Assembly (NCBI RefSeq): GCF_009914755.1
Contig: NC_060930.1
DNA: 64,000 bases
DNA from: the human T2T-CHM13v2.0 reference genome, Homo sapiens
Reading direction: 5' to 3' (one strand)
The number at the start of each line of letters is the position of its first letter. Within the stretch, counting starts at the first letter, position 1. Below, one piece after another: positions 1 to 14,303 of this stretch. The position numbers and the translations under genes are program-made. The notes below the pieces were generated by a model, which did not search any database, was not told the DNA's origin, and saw nothing but the letters and a program-made list of their open reading frames with translations.

Positions 1-399
1 AATATCAGCCTCTCTTTTGGTCACTCTGGAACCTGATATACTTGATTAATTTATTTTCAACTTTTTGAGCACCCACACTATTTTTGACACGGTACTTTTA
101 AAAAACTTCAGACATAAATGAGCAAAAGCTGTACCTCCAGGAAGTTACATTCTACTGAAACAAGACTGACCTCCATTACTAATTGATGATGCCATAGTCA
201 ACTGTCAATTATTCATGTAAAGATTATCCATGACACACCGTGTAGAGCACCCATCGTGAATTTCTAAATCCCAGGCTTTTCCACCTCTCAACTACACAGA
301 CTTAGGGGTTGTCATGCGAATCACCTCACCACACTATAGATTTAGTTACAGAGCAAAGGAAGCCAACTGCCTCAACCTCCTATCGATCAAAATTTTCAT

Positions 400-950
400 T
401 TAGTAGGCAGGCATGGAGTACTTCAAATAAGGTGCTATGTTAAACACTTCAGAAACAGATGGATTAAGTGTATATAAGGTGTACCAAGATACCCATAGAT
501 AAGAGTGGCTAATTCTATCAGTGAAAAGAAACAGGAAAGGTTTCAACAGGAAGATGACACTTGATTTGAGTATTGAAAACTGAGAGTGCGTTGAGGGGCA
601 GACAGAAAGAGAAGACATTCTCAATGCAGCATAAGCAAAGGCATAGAATTCTGAAACAGTGCAATGCACTATGAAATCTGCAACGTTGTTTAGTGCGACC
701 ATGAGACTGACAGGTGGGAGGAGGATAATGTGGTTTCTAACAAGAGATAGAGCTGAAAAGATAAGCAGAGAAGTGGCCTCAACAGCACTTCAATACTTTT
801 CTATTTGAAGGGAAAGGGAGGAATCTAACATGACCTGCCTCCCATAGAATATGGCTTAGGCAAAATACTAGTCAGGTGCCATCGCTAAGATTGGGAATAT
901 TGGACAAGCAACATTTTCAGGGGGAAGATAATGAGTTCAGTTTTGGACAT
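400..950 (-). mobile_element. Degraded L2 (LINE-2) fragment
   Basis: Antisense L2 hallmark 'gggaagataatgagttcagttttggacat' at ~922-950; boundaries approximate. Confidence 0.55.
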
Positions 951-1382
951 TTCTCTCACTTTCATGCTGAGAGTCATGAATGGGTTATAACCCTTAATAC
1001 CAACACCTGGGTTCCACGGTTAATTGCTGCTGAGCTAACAGTCAACTAAGACCAACAGATTATTCTCTCTCATACCTCTATTACCTGAGACAGGTCTCTG
1101 TATTCTGTGTGGTTTCTTTAGCCTAGTGCTAAAGGTTGCACCAATTCAGACAGAAAAAAAAATCCGAAAACCAAGGGTTGGTTATCTATATTGTCCAATC
1201 TCATTTTTTTTAATTTATTATACTTATTCTTCTGTTTTGCCTTGACACTGCATAGGCTATGTTGTGAGACAACTTGTCAGGTCCAAAAAACAGCCTCACA
1301 ATTCACCTTAAAATTGGCCTACATTGACCACAGAGGGAAATAGTGCCAAAATGTCTCGCAAATATCACTGGGAAGGTAATAT

Positions 1383-1810
1383 ATTCATTCATCGATTTGT
1401 TCGTTCGTTCATTCAACAAATGTATAATGAGGGCTTGCCACAAGCCAGGCCAGGAAACGCCATAGTGAACAAGGGAGGCTGTTATGGGGTTTATATTCTA
1501 GTGGGTGAACAGACCCCAGACAAGTGTTTTGAGCTGTGAAGAAATGAAACGGGGCGAGATAACTGGAGGTGATGGCAGCTTCAGACAGAGTGGTCAGGGA
1601 AGGATCCACTGAGTAGATGACATTGGACTGAGAGCCAGAAAATGAGGGGAAAAAAAAAAAAAATCAGATGCCACAATTGGAGGAAAAAAACACTCCAGAA
1701 AGAAGGACAGCAGGGAAATGAAGACCGGAACTAGCCTGGTAGGTTCAAGAAACAGACAAAAACAACCAGTGTGGCTGGAGCAGAGTCAGCAGCGGGGTGG
1801 GTGAAAGAAG
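1383..1810 (-). mobile_element. L2 3' end
   Basis: 'cattcattcatc...cattcaacaaatgtataatgag...gccaggc' matches the reverse complement of the L2 3' tail, followed by typical L2 body. Confidence 0.65.
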
Positions 1811-1889
1811 CTAACGGGAAAAAGTAAAGCCAGCAGGCCATGGAGAGACACGTGGAGAGGAAGGAGGAAGTGCCCCCTGCCTCAGCCTC

Positions 1890-2050
1890 AAACCCCAGTC
1901 TCAGCCCTCACTGGGTGACCTCAGTCATGTGACTTGACCTCTCAGGAACTTTTCTTTCCTTCTCAAAATTGCAGTCGTAATATTTTTATCACTTAAGAAG
2001 AGTGAGATCAAGTAGGCAAAGTGACTGGCACACAGAAGTGCCTAAGAAAT
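1890..2050 (+). mobile_element. MIR fragment
   Basis: 'gggtgacctcagtcatgtgacttgacctctc...tttcctt ctcaaaat...ctggcacacagaagtgcct' resembles the MIR core and tail. Confidence 0.55.
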
Positions 2051-3047
2051 GTGGGGTTCTGCCTCTCCTCTTCTTTAACAGCAACCAAGGAAGACAATGT
2101 GGGTTGTGCAAGTTTAAAAAAAATAAGGCACCTTTTCTGGTCTAAATATGTTAGGTCTTCTTCCATGCAGCTCTCATTTCTGGGGCTGACCTTCAGTGAG
2201 CCTGACTTTCAGGAACCCCAAGGGCCAGAGTCATGGTTGCTGAGATGGATCAGGCCATGAGATGGTGAAAAATGTCCCCCTTCAAGCCAGGAGACTTTCA
2301 AATTAATTTCCTATGTCATCCTGGTATATGTGAGCTGAGGTCTCACAAGATGAAAATAAAACAATAGCTAACTCTGCAAGATAAATGCTTTTAAAAATCA
2401 ACAATTACTGTGAGGTCCCTAGAGAAGGGTACTTTCAAATGCAGGTTCTTCCACTTGAGCACCACCTATACCCTGCTTCCTGGGGCTTGGGGGACAGAGA
2501 TACCAAGAAATATGAAATATTCCTGACTTGTCAACTTCCCTCACCGAGCTACCTGGGATGGCCATCTAAGTAGGATCTTAAGATCTTTAAGAACCTCTTT
2601 TCTTTCTAGCCACCTCCCTATCATCTCTCCATCTTTCTGACATCCCTAGAAGTCTAGCTCTGGCCCCATGGCTTCCATCCCCTCTGCTTTTAACTTCTCC
2701 TGTCAAAAATAGAGACATCGCCTTTTCTCCATGGCCAATGCCTTGCAATTTCATCTCCTCCTACACGTACAAGGAGCTCTCACTCAAGGGACAGACTGTC
2801 AAAGTTTGCAGCCCCATGCTGTCTTGCCGCCTGCATTTTAGCCAGGCACCCCTGCTGAAGAAGAGGCTGGAAAAAAAATAATTAATAACTAACTCACTCA
2901 CTGTCACAAGAGATTAGTGGATCAAAATGCTTGCTGGCTTTATTTAAACATCGGCAAAAAAAAAAAAAAAAAAGGTCAATTTACATGTAACCTTTATCTC
3001 CATTCTCATGAACATCCAAGCCTTGGTTTTGCTTTAAAATTTGCTCA

Positions 3048-3338
<291 letters not shown>

Positions 3339-3415
3339 GTGCTCAATAAAAGACTGTTGTGGGATTTCATTATACAAAGTTAATTGTTCTTCATAAAATG
3401 TCTTCAAAAATTGTG

Positions 3416-3878
3416 AGTAGTGCATGAAATGGTGTCCTCAAAAAAATATATACCCACATCCTAATATTTGGAAACTATAGATATGACCTTATTTGGAAAA
3501 AGAGTCTTTGCAGGTATAATTAAGTAACGGATCTTACAATATCATCCTGTGTAATCTGAGTGGACCCGAAATCCAGTCACAGACATCCTTAGGAGAGTGA
3601 GGCAGAGGGAGATTACCCAGAGACAGAAGATGTGGAGGCCGTGTGACCATGGAGCACCGATGGGAGGGCTGCAGCCCCAAGCCAAGGCATGTCAGCCGCC
3701 ACAGACGCTAGATGAGGCCAAGAGTTGATTCTCCCTTCATGCTCCTGGGGCGAGTGTGGCCCTGCCAACATCTCGATTTCAGACTTCTGGCCTCTAGAAC
3801 TGTGAAAGAATAAACTTCTCTTCTTTTAGGCCACCCAGTGTGTGGTCTTCTTTTACAGCAGCCACAGAAACTAACACA
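3416..3878 (+). mobile_element. MLT1 (MLT1C-like) MaLR solo LTR
   Basis: 'gaccttatttggaaaaagagtctttgcagg', 'gacttctggcctctagaactgtgaaagaataaac', ends 'aaactaacaca'; ~460 bp; 5-bp TSD ttgtg/ttatg. Confidence 0.85.
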
Positions 3879-4479
3879 TTATGTTTAAAGGAAGCAGCTA
3901 AGATAACTACGGTGATTTCTTATGGATGAGGTGCTTTATGGAATGGCTCTTCCTGCCAGTGGACATCTAAACTTGGTCCTCAAAACCATACACCCTAGCA
4001 TCCAAACAATTATTCACGTTCTGGCAAAGGAATGATGCTGCAGAAAGCCTAAGAAAGAAATCATTGTATTGCCCTTCAATCTCAGCCATCAGAAGACTGA
4101 GAAATTAGTCATTAAGGAGACCTGAGAACTAACTCATTAAATGCTAAAGTATTTCATTTTAACACTGTTCAAGAGATCCTTCCAAAATGAACCTTAAATT
4201 TGCCTGCTAATTAAAGATTAAATAAAATATAATTAAACCTTTCTTAAAGAAAAAAATTGAATAAATTTAAGTAAATATTTGTTGCTGTGATATGCTATGG
4301 ATGTGGCTATAGAGGTAACAGATTTTTATATGGTAAATGGCCCTTCCTTTCCCCCCTTATCTCACTGTCCCAGGTTTCTAAACTCTAGTAATTCACACTG
4401 ATACCTTTGAAGGTGGTTGAACCACAGCACCTCTCTTTCCCGTTCTTTCTTTCTTCCCCCACCCCACCATCTTATACAC

Positions 4480-4510
4480 CACACACACACGCATACACAC
4501 ACACACACAC
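4480..4510. repeat. (CA)n microsatellite, interrupted
   Basis: Direct reading. Confidence 0.9.
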
Positions 4511-5856
4511 TCCATTCTTTCTGTGATCCTATAATCAATTACTGATATTCACAGAAAACCACTGAGTAGAAGAGAGTATACTGTGATACAATGTTGTCTG
4601 GTAGGTGATATCTCAACTGTCAAATCCTGTAGGTAAGGGCATATAACAAAATATGGCTTGATTGTGCACACTGACAATTACTGCTGTTATCTGCTAGGTT
4701 TTCTTGGTATACCTAAGAGCAGGAATAAAATGGAGGAGAGCAATTGCCCTGTGTAGAGCAGAGGTGTCTGGGCAGTAGACTGCTGTCCATATACATCAGA
4801 CACAGACGTGCACAGGCATCCCCTTGTTGCAGTCCTGAAAGGAGGATTCAAATATTAAATATCTCATGAAAGCAGAGAAGAGATGAAGGACCACCCAGGC
4901 CCCATCTGTGGACACAAACAGGGCCTGGACACAGTCTGGGGATGAATAAAGAGGGAAAAACATCAACATGCAGAACAAAGGAGAAGGACCCACACCCGAG
5001 ACACTCAGCAGAAGAGCAATACTTTGCAAATGATCTACTGCAGGCTCGTGAAAAATTTTAGAAAATTATTTTTGCACTAACAGTACAAATAAAAGAGTCT
5101 TCTATGTACAGTAAAGAATAATACCAGTAAGAGGAATCTTAATGTTTACAGTATAATAAAATAAATGGAACAAAAGCTAATGGAGGTAAGAGAAAAGAGG
5201 GTATTTCAGCATTGACCATCATACTTGCAGAAACCTGCTGGATAATGCTTCTGAAAAACTTGAATGAAAACAGCAAATACTAGTAGAATTATGAACAACA
5301 GAATGCATTTGTTTTTCCATGATGTTTACTGCGTGCATAGCATGATGCCAGGCTGGAAAAACAGGAACACTCACAAACTTTGGAAGAAAGAAAATATAGC
5401 TTGTGTCCAAAATATAAAAGTCAAAGAAGCACAGAATAATAGAAAACCAAATGCATTACATATAATAATAATTTGAATGGATTAAACTCCCTAATGGCCT
5501 AAGAATCGACAGGTTAAGAAAAATGAGGAGAAGAAAAATGAAAAGGAGAAAGAAAGAGAGAAAGGAGGAGGGGAAGGTAACACAAAGCAAAGTGTCACTC
5601 AAAGAAGTTAAAGAATAGGCCAAGAGGTAGCAGGAACAAAAAAAATACTAAGAACTTTCAGAGGAACAATTCCATTTCCAAGAATCCACCTTAAGTAAGT
5701 TATTACTTATGCATTCAAAGAAAAAACTCTAATAGAAGTCATTGGACTCTATAATAGAGGGAAAATGAAAATAATCTAAGTGACTAATAATTAATTAAAT
5801 AAAATGTTGCATATCCACAAAACAAGATACTATACAGCTATTAAAACTATGTTTTA

Positions 5857-7370
5857 CACCAAAATAGAATGGTATTGGTATAAGAACATGTAGACCAATG
5901 AAATGGAATAGAGAACCCAGAAGTAAATCTACATATTTACAGCCAACTGATCATTGACAAAGGTGCCAAGAATATACACTAGGGAAAGGGTACCCTCTTT
6001 AATAAACGGTGCTGGGAAAACTGGAAATCCATATGCAGAAGAATAAAACTAAACCCCTATCTCTGACCATATATAAAAATCAATGCAAAATGGATTCAAA
6101 GACTTAAATGTTAAGACCTAAAACTATAAAACTAGTAGGAGAGAACAGGGGAAAGGCTTCAGGACCTTGGCCTAGGCAAAGATTTTTTTACTAAAACCTC
6201 AAAAACAGACAACAAAAACAAAAATAGACAAATGGGACTATATTAAACTAAAAAGCTTCTGCACAGCAAAGGAAGCGATCCACAGAATGAAGAGACAACC
6301 TACAGAATGAGAGAAAATATTTGCAAACTATTCACCCAACAAGGGGCTAATATCCAAAATATACAAGGAACTCAAACAACTTAACAGTAAAATAAACAAG
6401 TAATCCCATTAAAAAGTGGGCTAAGGACATGAATAGACATTTCTCAAAACAAGACACACAAATGGCCAACAGGTATATAGGAAAATGCTCGGCATCACTA
6501 ATCATCAGGGAAATATAAATCAAACCCACAATGAAATATCATCTCATTCCAGTTAGAATGTCTAGTATCAAAGAGACAAAAAATAATAAATGCTAGTGAG
6601 GATGCAGAGAAAAGAGAACTCATACACTGTTGGTGGGAATATAAATTAGTACCGCCATTATGGAAAGTAATATGGAGATTTCTCCACAAACTAAAAATAG
6701 AAATACCATACAATCCAACAATCCCACTACTGGGTATTTATCCAAAGGAAAGAAAATCAGTATATCAAAATGGTACTTGCACCCCTATGTTTGTCGCAGC
6801 ATTATTCACCATAGCTGAGATATGGAATAAACCAAGTGTTCATAAATAGATGAACGGATAAAGAAAAGGGGTATATATAGACAATGAAATATTATTCAAC
6901 CATAAAAAAATGAAATACTGTCATTTCCTGCAACATGGATGGAATTGGAGGTCACTATGTTAAGTGAAATAAGCCAGGTACCGAAAAACAAATGTCACAC
7001 GTTCTCATTCATATATGAGAGCTAAAAAAGTGTATCTTATGGAGTAGAGAGTCCAAAGATAGATATCAGAGGCTAGAAAATGTTGTGGGGAAGGAATGAA
7101 GAGGGGTTGCTTAATGGGTACAAGCATATAGTTAGAAGGTAGGAATAAGTTCTAGTGTTCAGTAGCACAACAGTGACCACAGGTGACAACAATGTATTGT
7201 ATACTTCATCGTAGCTAGAAGATTTGAAAAGTTTCCAACAAAATAAATAATAAATGTTTGAGGTTATGGATATTTTCAATACCCTTATTTGGTCATTACA
7301 CATTGTATGCATGTATCAAAATATCACTTGTATCCTGTAAATATGTAAAAATATTATGTATCAATAACAA
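5857..7370 (+). mobile_element. 5'-truncated L1MA (L1MA5-7-like): ORF2 3' part plus 3' UTR
   Basis: Degenerate ORF2 C-terminus ('gacaaaggtgccaagaa', 'aaactaaaaagcttctgcacagcaaagg') and L1MA-type 3' UTR ending 'aatattatgtatcaataa'; sits within older L1M fragments. Confidence 0.85.
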
Positions 7371-7829
7371 ACATTTTAAATACATTTTTAAGGATAATTA
7401 GTGATGTGAGAAAATGCCCTTGATATATTTTACAGGGATTTAAAAACAGGCTACCCATCAGACTACATTATATGATCTGATTTTTTTTTTCAAAAAATAG
7501 TCTATTCCATAAACACCAAAAAGTGCAATCCCAGCAAATTACATGCATTCTTTGATACCTCTTTCCTTGCTGCATTTTGTTTCCTGCTCTGTTACCTGTA
7601 CTTTTGTCAGCAAATAATTTTAAGTTGGCCTACATCTAAATACTTTTAAAACTAAATACTGTCTTTACTTGTTTATTGAAGAAAATATGGAATATAATAG
7701 ACAAATTAAGGGAAGAAACTGTGCCCCCTGACCCACTCCTCTCCTCCCAAGGAGCACAAATGGGGCCTCCAGCTACCCACCGACTCAAGAGAAAAGTGTG
7801 GACACCAGCCTGAGCCCTCTCCTCCCCCT

Positions 7830-8555
7830 GATTTCACATCTCCAAGTCTTACTGCTTCTTCTTCCAAAATGTCTGGCATCTGTTCTCTTCTGGCATCACC
7901 ACTGTCACCACCCTGAGCCACCTCACCTCCATTGCCTCTACCTCCCGCCCTTCCCAGCCCAATGCCTCCTTCCAACTCCACATCCCCTCACCCTCATCTC
8001 CAAGGCCACATGGACTCCAGAACTGGAGTGATCCTCAAAAGGAAATCAGGCCACATCCCTCCCTTGCTGAGACTCCTCCAGAGGCTCCCTGTGGCCCTGG
8101 GATAAATGCCACCAGACACCCTCTCCCCTCTATCAGGCCTGTCCTACAGTTCCCCTTTCTCTGAACCCTTGGATCTCTGGACTCCAGCACCCTAGCCCCG
8201 CCCCACCTACCCTGCACCCAGCTCTTAGCCTCTCAGGGCTTTCACAGACGTGCTGCTCCTCTCCTCATCCAACGTGATTCACATTTCAAATCCTAGATTG
8301 AATGCCACTTCTGCCTGGAGGCATGCTTTGACTCTACAGTCTAACTAGGTTCTCCCCCAATTATTCTGTCTAAAAACACCATATTGTTTTTCTTTACAGC
8401 GTTGATCATGCTTTTTCATTATTGATCTATGTGATTATTTGGGGAATATTTGTTTCCCCCTCCAGACTATGAGTTTTCTACAAACGAGGCCTTGCCTTTT
8501 CCATTATCAATGTATACCCAGCACTTAGCACCATGCTGAACACATAAAAATAATA
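7830..8555 (+). mobile_element. L2 3' portion
   Basis: Pyrimidine-rich L2 body ending 'ctccagactatgag...gtatacccagcacttagcaccatgctgaacacata'. Confidence 0.6.
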
Positions 8556-8559
8556 ATAG

Positions 8560-8800
8560 TGATAAAATTTATGTAGCATTTCTTATGCACCAAGCAGATT
8601 TTAAAGACTTCAAACACAGTAACTCATTTAACCCTCAAAACAGCCTCATAGTGTAAATGACATTAATTCCCACCTTACAGGTGAGAAAACTGAGGCACAG
8701 AGAATTAAATAATTTGTCCAAGGTCTTATTCATAATGAATGGTTGAGCCTGGAGTTGAAGCCACACAGTTTGGCTGCGAACTCCATGCTCTTTATCATTA
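8560..8800 (-). mobile_element. MIR
   Basis: 'aactcatttaaccctcaaaacagcc...ttacaggtgagaaaactgaggcacagagaattaaataatttgtccaaggtc' is the antisense MIR core. Confidence 0.8.
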
Positions 8801-9968
8801 CACTGTACTGCTCCTCATGCTCGATAATTTTTTTCAGTAAATCCTGCCACCCTAAGGAACTACTGTTATTCCAGTCTTCTTCCCATGCATACAGAGAGAG
8901 AGAGATAGTGTTTTTTTTCCCATAGGATCGCATTCTGTACAACTTAGACTTCCACTACTTTTAATTAATACTATATAAGTATCAGGATTTTAATGGAGAC
9001 TTATTATTCCATGATAATAATCTAAATTTATTTCATCATTATCTTATTTTTTGAGCAAAGGGTACTTTTTCAATTTATTTCTATTTTATTGCTATGTTAA
9101 ATGACTCTGTAATGACATTCTTAAACATAAATATTGTGTAATGCCTTTTGATAAATTCCATGAAGTAGTTCAAAATATATGAATTTCAAGGATTTTTGAG
9201 GTGTATTGAAAAATTGCCTTCCCAAAAGGATGTTGCAGGAGACCCATTCCCCACAGTTAGGCCAAATGAGGCCAGTAAAAGAATGAGTGTTACCCAAAAC
9301 ACCTGTGGGCAGAAAGTATTTACAGCATATTTGAGCTTTCTCCAAATTTAGGTTCTGATTTGAATAATATCAAAATTAATTTACATTCATTGATTAACTG
9401 GTTTAAGGAAATGACAACATAAGAGTTTACACAGATAACTAAAGAACTGACTCTACACTAGTATTTGAATAGTACTTATGCTATTAATGATTCTAGCTGC
9501 CACCTTTGGGGAGGGTTATCAATTTAGATTTAAACTAAAATTCAAGTTTAAAATTATAATCCAAAATCAGATCTTATTCTTTCCCTTTTCATGTAAGAAA
9601 CCAAATATACATTTTTATCACCTGCTGCTAGTTCTATACTCTCTCTAAAATTAAGCATTATTTAAAAAGAATTTCCAAAATAGAGACCCAAACAGAAAAA
9701 CAAGCTGTGTATGTAGGCTAGACCACAGCAATAACACTAATAGGAAGGTATAATTAGACTACATTTAGAGGGTCTACTTGCTTTTCTCCTATATTTCTTT
9801 CTGCAAACAACAGGAGGAATATTCCTTGATTGCATTTAAAAAACTGCACCTTTTTATTGCATTGCATTCCTGATGGACTGCAGTGACATCTTGGATCTGA
9901 CAAGACAGATAGCTTATCCCAGCATCAGATTATGATAAAGTAAGTTTAAAGAAAGTCACCTAAATTCA

Positions 9969-10370
<402 letters not shown>

Positions 10371-11614
10371 TTAGTGAGGAAGGAAAGAATTAACCCAGAA
10401 AAGTTAAGAACTTGACTATTTAAAGTAAACATAAAACAAACCAGAGAAATGGAACACCATGAAAAATGGCATGCCTGTTACATAACATGTTACTTATTTA
10501 AATAAAAGTTAGTTGCACAAATGAAATTTTATTATTTGGAATTTTCAATGGCTAGATTATAAATACCAATCCATTTATATGACAAAGAAATACATTATTT
10601 ATAATACACATGGATTATATCTGTATAGACTTTGTAGGGTTTCTAATCAATGAAATCGGTATTTAGACAGTTTCTGAATTCTTAGAAGTAGAAAGATTTT
10701 ATTTTAAATGTGCACACCAGCAAAAGAAGCTCCCTGGCACCCCTTGACTTATATTATGACTTCTCATTCAACTCCTCCGTCCAGGTGGCAGCAACTTGCA
10801 AGTGAGTTGTACAAATAGAAGGTGCAGGTTAAATCATCCAGAATAGAATAAAGATCTGCTTTCTGGGTATGAAAAAGCATTGTGTTTAAAAACTGTGTGT
10901 TAAGAATGATTAAAAAGTTGAATCCTTTTTTAAGAAAAAAAGTCTATATATGAAAGAGTTGTCAGCAGAAATTTGGAAAACCCTAGGAACTGAAGCCTAG
11001 AGAGATTTAACTGGATGCTTAAACTCTATGAGTCATAATGGATGTAGATAAATCCCCTGTGTCTATAACAGTCATTCAGGTAAAACTGTCTTTAAAAAAA
11101 AAAAAAAAAGGCGAGGACAAGAAAGGGATGAAGGGAAAGGAAAAGCCATGGTTTCCCTGAGATCATATTTTAGTGCCTCTATTTCTGACCACATAGTTTT
11201 AAAAAGGGGTAGAACGTCAAGGCCCTGGGGACAACGTGCTGGAAAAAGAAAGACTTCTGAAATGAGTGGGTGCCGCTGAACTCTGTGTGGAGGTGGGAGC
11301 CAGAAATTTCTGGTAAGGGCTGTGACTGTGGCTCCAATAACACCTGACCAAAGTGTCTTGAAGCCTGCCACGCTGAGCCTGCTGCAGAGTGTGAAATGCT
11401 AGAAATACTGACACAATAATTGCTTTACAGAGCTTGGAAACTCTGCAGGTGAATTAAAGTTAAAAACTGGAGTTTTTCTTTGACTAAGACAAGCAGTAAT
11501 TGATAACATGGATGATTAGTAAGTGATCTTGCTTAGGCACCTGCCTAAAAACTGTCGTGGTGCTCAAACTGGGCTTTCAGATTACATAGTTTAGTGTTTT
11601 CATTATTTTAGCTA

Positions 11615-12004
<390 letters not shown>

Positions 12005-12676
12005 TGGAAGACCCAGAGCTCATCCACTTGGCCCCAACTAGTTCAACAGTACCCAACTTGACTCCACGAACACAGTTTGAAAGCCACTAATCTGGTCCAG
12101 AACTTTCATTTTATGAATGAAGAAAAGTCAGAGAGACACAGAGAAAGACATGTTCAGTGCGGTACCCAGGCCCACACAGGTAGAACCAGAGTTGGAAGTT
12201 AGTAACTCTAAGCCCTGGCTGAGTGTTTTTCCCTATAACACAATTCTGCTAACAAAGGTATTTCTTCATGTCTTGTTTCAGTTTCTATTTCCTCTTCTTA
12301 TCCACATGTAGAGATATCCAATTCATATATGGGCAATATTTTCAATATTTTAATATGGAAGCTTATTTTGAAAAATGTTAAGCAAATACATGACAAATTC
12401 TTTGAGTCACAAACATTTCTGTGACAACTCACCTTGATACTTGACGGAAAATCCATTGACGAGGTGCCACAGACACGCTGGTGAGGAGACACTGTGGACC
12501 TCAGCAGGGCTTACCTTGCAAATCCAACCTATTTTAGTGTCCAAAATTGTCAAACTTAGTTACTTAGCTAAAGAAATAAATTAGCATCTTTTTTCTAAAA
12601 GTATAAAGACAGTGAATTAATGTCTTCAATATGCTGAGGGCAAAATAACTGACAACCAAGAGAACTGATACTCATC

Positions 12677-13028
12677 TGCTATGGTAAATGTGTTGCCTCC
12701 AAAGTCCAGGTGTTGCCACTGTGATGGTAGTAAGAGGTGGGGCCTTTAAGAGGTGATTAGGCCATGAGGATTCTTCCCTCCTGAATGTTATTAAGGCCCT
12801 AATCAAAGAGGCTTCAGGCAACGTTCGGCTTTCTTGCCCTTTCGCCTTTAGCCATGTGAGACCCTGTTTCTCCCCGCCTCAGGATGCAGCCCTCACCAGG
12901 CAACTGAACCTACTGGTACTTTGATCTTGGACTTCCCAGCTTCCAGAACTGTAAGAAACAAATTTCTGTTCTGTATAAATTACCCACTCTGTACTATTCT
13001 ATTATAACAGTACAAATGGACCAAGACA
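12677..13028 (+). mobile_element. MST (MSTC/D-like) MaLR solo LTR
   Basis: TG...CA ends; 'ggtggggcctttaagaggtgattaggccatgagg' and 'gacttcccagcttccagaactgtaagaa'; perfect 5-bp TSD TCATC (12672-12676 / 13029-13033). Confidence 0.9.
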
Positions 13029-13058
13029 TCATCCAAATTATCATTTAAAAGTAAAGAC

Positions 13059-13210
13059 AGCTGGGTGTGGTGGCCCACACCTGTAATCCCAGCACTTTGA
13101 GAGGACAAAACAGGAGGATTGCTTGAGGCCGGGAGTTCAAGACCAGCCTGGGCAAGATAGTAAGACCTCCACCTCTACAAACATAAGAAAATTAAAATTA
13201 ATTACAAAAA
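13059..13210 (+). mobile_element. FLAM_C / free left Alu monomer
   Basis: Single monomer with A-rich tail; TSD aaaagtaaagaca / aagagtaaaaaca. Confidence 0.8.
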
Positions 13211-13306
13211 AGAGTAAAAACAACATAAAGACATTTCTAGACATATGAAGACTAGGGGAATGTACCATCCAAGAACATTGTTTAAAAAAATAGAAAGAAA
13301 GAAAGA

Positions 13307-13383
13307 GGCTGGGCATAGTGTCTCATGCCTGTAATCCCAGCACTTTGGGAGGCTGAGGTGGGAGGATTGCTTGAGACCCTGTG
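13307..13383 (+). mobile_element. Internally deleted Alu monomer
   Basis: 'ggctgggcatagtgtctcatgcctgtaatcccagcactttgggagg...gattgcttgagaccctgt'. Confidence 0.8.
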
Positions 13384-13400
13384 AAAGGAAAGAAATAAAA

Positions 13401-13500
13401 GAAGGAAGGAAGGAAGGAAGGAAGGAAGGAAGGAAGGAAGGAAGGAAGGAAGGAAGGAAGGAAAGAAAGGAAGAAAGAAAGAAAGAAAGAAGAAAGAGGG
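13401..13500. repeat. (GGAA)15 microsatellite with (GAAA)n extension
   Basis: About 15 uninterrupted GGAA units at 13404-13463. Confidence 0.95.
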
Positions 13501-14034
13501 AAAGGGATTCAGCAAGAAAAAAAGCAAATGTTGAAAATGTAGTATAAAACTTTGCTAAAAAGTTAATAATTCAATTCAATAGTAGCCATAGAAATAACAA
13601 CTAATCACTCTACATGTGTTGAGCCTGTTATTGTAATTGGCAGAAGGAAATAAAGAATAACTGCAGCCTATGGTTAAGCAAGTACCTGTAAGATTAAGAG
13701 TAATCACTAAACACCAGAAATGTACTTTGAAACTTTCAAATAATCTGAAGCAAAAGAAATATTAAAAACTGTATTAATACAAAAAAAAGGTAGGAAAAGG
13801 AGAAGGGAGGCAAAGAAAAAAGATAGTGAACAGGAAACACAAAATAAGATGGTATAAATAAATTTGAATACACAAGTAATCATAAAGGTTGTACATGAAT
13901 TAAGCTCATCAATCAAAGACAATATTCTATAGATTTTTTTAAAACTCTGATAATATACTGCTTCTAAGAGATATATCTAGAGCAAAACCACACGGAAAAA
14001 TAAAAATGAGGGACTATAAAAATATATACCCCTC

Positions 14035-14303
14035 AAACACTACATGTTCTCACTCATAAGTGGGAGTTGGGCAATGAGAACACATGGACACAGGGAAGGG
14101 AACATCACACACCAGGGCCTGTTGGGGGTGGGAGGCAAGGGGAGGAAGAGCATTAGGACAAATACCTAATGTATGCGGGACTTAAAACCTAGATGACGGG
14201 CTGATGGATGCAACAAGCCACCATGGCACCTGTATACCTATGTAACAAACCTGCACGTTCTGCACATGTATCCCAGAACTTGAAGTATAATAATAAAAAA
14301 AAA
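14035..14303 (+). mobile_element. L1PA8-like 3' UTR fragment
   Basis: 'gcattaggacaaatacctaatgtatgcgggacttaaaacctagatgacggg'; poly(A); TSD aaaaatatatacccctcaaa / aaaaatatatgtatacccctcaaa. Confidence 0.9.

Noticed and set aside
10778-10795. CTCF-like motifs (also ~46952 and ~53017)
   Set aside because: Each has mismatches in the core; not supportable without ChIP data or PWM scoring
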